From Bacteroidota bacterium (GTDB lineage: Bacteria; Bacteroidota; Bacteroidia; Flavobacteriales_D; Crocinitomicaceae), in assembly GCA_041168645.1 (NCBI GenBank), contig JBEEKM010000002.1, forward strand, positions 4,871 through 68,870: a stretch of 64,000 nt of DNA, in the 5' to 3' direction. Every line of letters starts with the position of its first letter. Position 1 is the stretch's first letter. The notes beneath the pieces are model-generated. The model worked only from the letters and a program-made list of their open reading frames with translations, did not search any database and was not told the DNA's origin. The position numbers and the translations under genes were made by a program. This document shows positions 62,919 through 64,000 of the stretch, piece after piece.

Positions 62919-64000
62919 TTGAACTTTCGGGTTTTACTTTGGTCGTGCCTTTCTATTTTATCACTACAGGCACAAACGCAGTATGACACGACGCAGCATA
63001 AGAAATTTCTAGGTTTCGCGCCTTTATCAGATACGATTGCCAAAGACAAAAATGGCATTTTTGCCTTACCACTTCTTTACTACACACCAGATACGCGTTG
63101 GGCAGCAGGTGCAGCAGGTGTTTACTATTTCAAGGTAAAACCCTCCTTAAATGCGGCTCCGCATCCTAGGGTCTCTTATTTGCAATTTTTAGCGGATTAC
63201 ACCCAGAATCGTCAACTAGATGCCTGGGCAACCTGGCATGTATTTACACAAGACGAAAACTATTTATTGAAGGGCGATATTCGTTTTCGAGATTTTCCGG
63301 ATCGCTTCTATGGAATTGGAAATAATACAAGTAAATCTCAAGAGGAAAAATATAGTTACAACTTATTTGTACTGAAGTCCTTGCAATTGAAAAAAATCAA
63401 GCCAGGTTTATTTGTGGGTTTTGATTACGAGCTAGAATATGAATACGGTTTTTCGTATTCAGCTGGAGGACTTTTGGAAGCGGGAAACATCACTGGTTAT
63501 AAAGGGGGTGTAGGCTCTGCACTTGGTGTTGTCAGTATTATTGACACCAGAGATAACATCATTAATCCTTACAGAGGGCGATATGCTGAATTTTCATCCT
63601 ATTTTTTTCTACCTCAACTCAAAAGCACCTTTAGTTTTCAAACAATTAATGCCACTTATCAGCAATATTGGCAAATCAGGCCGAAGCATATTTTGGCCTT
63701 ACAAGCAAAAGGTCGCTTCACTTTTGGGTCGGTTCCCTTTCTTGATCTTTCAACACTTGGCAATGATGATATTTTGCGAGGCTATCCTAAAAATCGTTTC
63801 AGAGACCGACATTTTATGGCGACACAAGTCGAGTATCGCTTTCCTCTTTGGTGGCGCTTCGGGGCTGTGGCATTTGCCGGAGTAGGAGATGTTTTTGGCC
63901 CAAGCTCAGATTTGAATTTTCAAAATCTAAAATACTCAGTCGGCACTGGCCTGCGCTTCGTTGTAGACCCAGCTGAAAGACTCAACATCCGCCTCGACTA
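62919..64000 (+). CDS. Omp85/BamA-family (bacterial surface antigen) outer-membrane protein, 3' end outside the window
   Basis: The frame is open from 62907 to the window end, with a TTG start at 62919 giving a signal-like (M)NFRVLLWSCLSILSLQAQ. Later blocks DTRDNIINPYRGRY, LGNDDILRGYPKNRF, VEYRFPLWWRFGAVAFAGVGDVF and YSVGTGLRF are typical of the Omp85 barrel. It is missing from the ORF track because it has no stop in the window. Confidence 0.8.
   Translation, partial: MNFRVLLWSCLSILSLQAQTQYDTTQHKKFLGFAPLSDTIAKDKNGIFALPLLYYTPDTRWAAGAAGVYYFKVKPSLNAAPHPRVSYLQFLADYTQNRQLDAWATWHVFTQDENYLLKGDIRFRDFPDRFYGIGNNTSKSQEEKYSYNLFVLKSLQLKKIKPGLFVGFDYELEYEYGFSYSAGGLLEAGNITGYKGGVGSALGVVSIIDTRDNIINPYRGRYAEFSSYFFLPQLKSTFSFQTINATYQQYWQIRPKHILALQAKGRFTFGSVPFLDLSTLGNDDILRGYPKNRFRDRHFMATQVEYRFPLWWRFGAVAFAGVGDVFGPSSDLNFQNLKYSVGTGLRFVVDPAERLNIRLD

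Noticed and set aside
63523-63885. 120-aa track ORF near the window end
   Set aside because: It is out of frame with the Omp85-family reading frame, which is open across the whole 62919-64000 region and carries the conserved motifs.
1-64000. Mobile elements, prophage, defence islands (RM, CBASS, retron, TA and similar) and biosynthetic gene clusters
   Set aside because: I found no integrase, transposase, recombinase, capsid, terminase, methylase-nuclease pair, reverse transcriptase, STAND/AAA defence ATPase or core biosynthetic enzyme. Gene density and composition look uniform. The YwqK-like 'antitoxin' label is not backed by any toxin gene.

Overview
This is a gene-dense 64-kb chromosomal core segment, roughly 93% coding, from a Bacteroidota genome, probably a Flavobacteriia- or Cytophagia-like lineage. 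The lineage call rests on four observations: T9SS type-A and type-B C-terminal sorting domains, SprB-type repeats, a DUF5683 gene sitting between parB and dapB, and TAnnTTTG -7 promoter boxes with no Shine-Dalgarno sequences. I support about 60 CDS, one tRNA-Lys(UUU), several intrinsic terminators, one pentanucleotide microsatellite and one T15 homopolymer. Two genes are cut by the window edges and are missing from the ORF track: the prfC 3' end at 3-293 and an Omp85/BamA-family gene at 62919-64000.

Housekeeping content includes parA-parB-DUF5683-dapB-lepB-wbqC, rplS, aroK, proS, folE, ltaE, a fused E1 alpha/beta dehydrogenase and a DEAD-box helicase. Glycan genes include GH92, GH13 and GH3. 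There are many secreted, lipoprotein or T9SS-cargo proteins of unknown function.

I found no CRISPR array, rRNA, integrase, transposase, phage gene or recognisable defence, toxin or restriction module, so I cannot claim a clear novel system. The best candidates for uncharacterised biology are:
- a translationally coupled three-gene secreted module at 49707-53637 (MORN/YwqK-like, ORFan, TPR);
- a PEGA-like/S1-protease lipoprotein, beta-barrel and small lipoprotein operon at 58926-61603;
- an islet of small ORFans at 27897-30378;
- a (GAATA)10 microsatellite bracketed by 9-bp repeats at 18462-18548;
- tRNA T-arm-like fragments in the largest non-coding gap at 9288-9585;
- a recurring TAnnTTTG-N3-6-ATG arrangement that suggests leaderless mRNAs.

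All family assignments come from motif recognition by eye and need HMM or BLAST confirmation.
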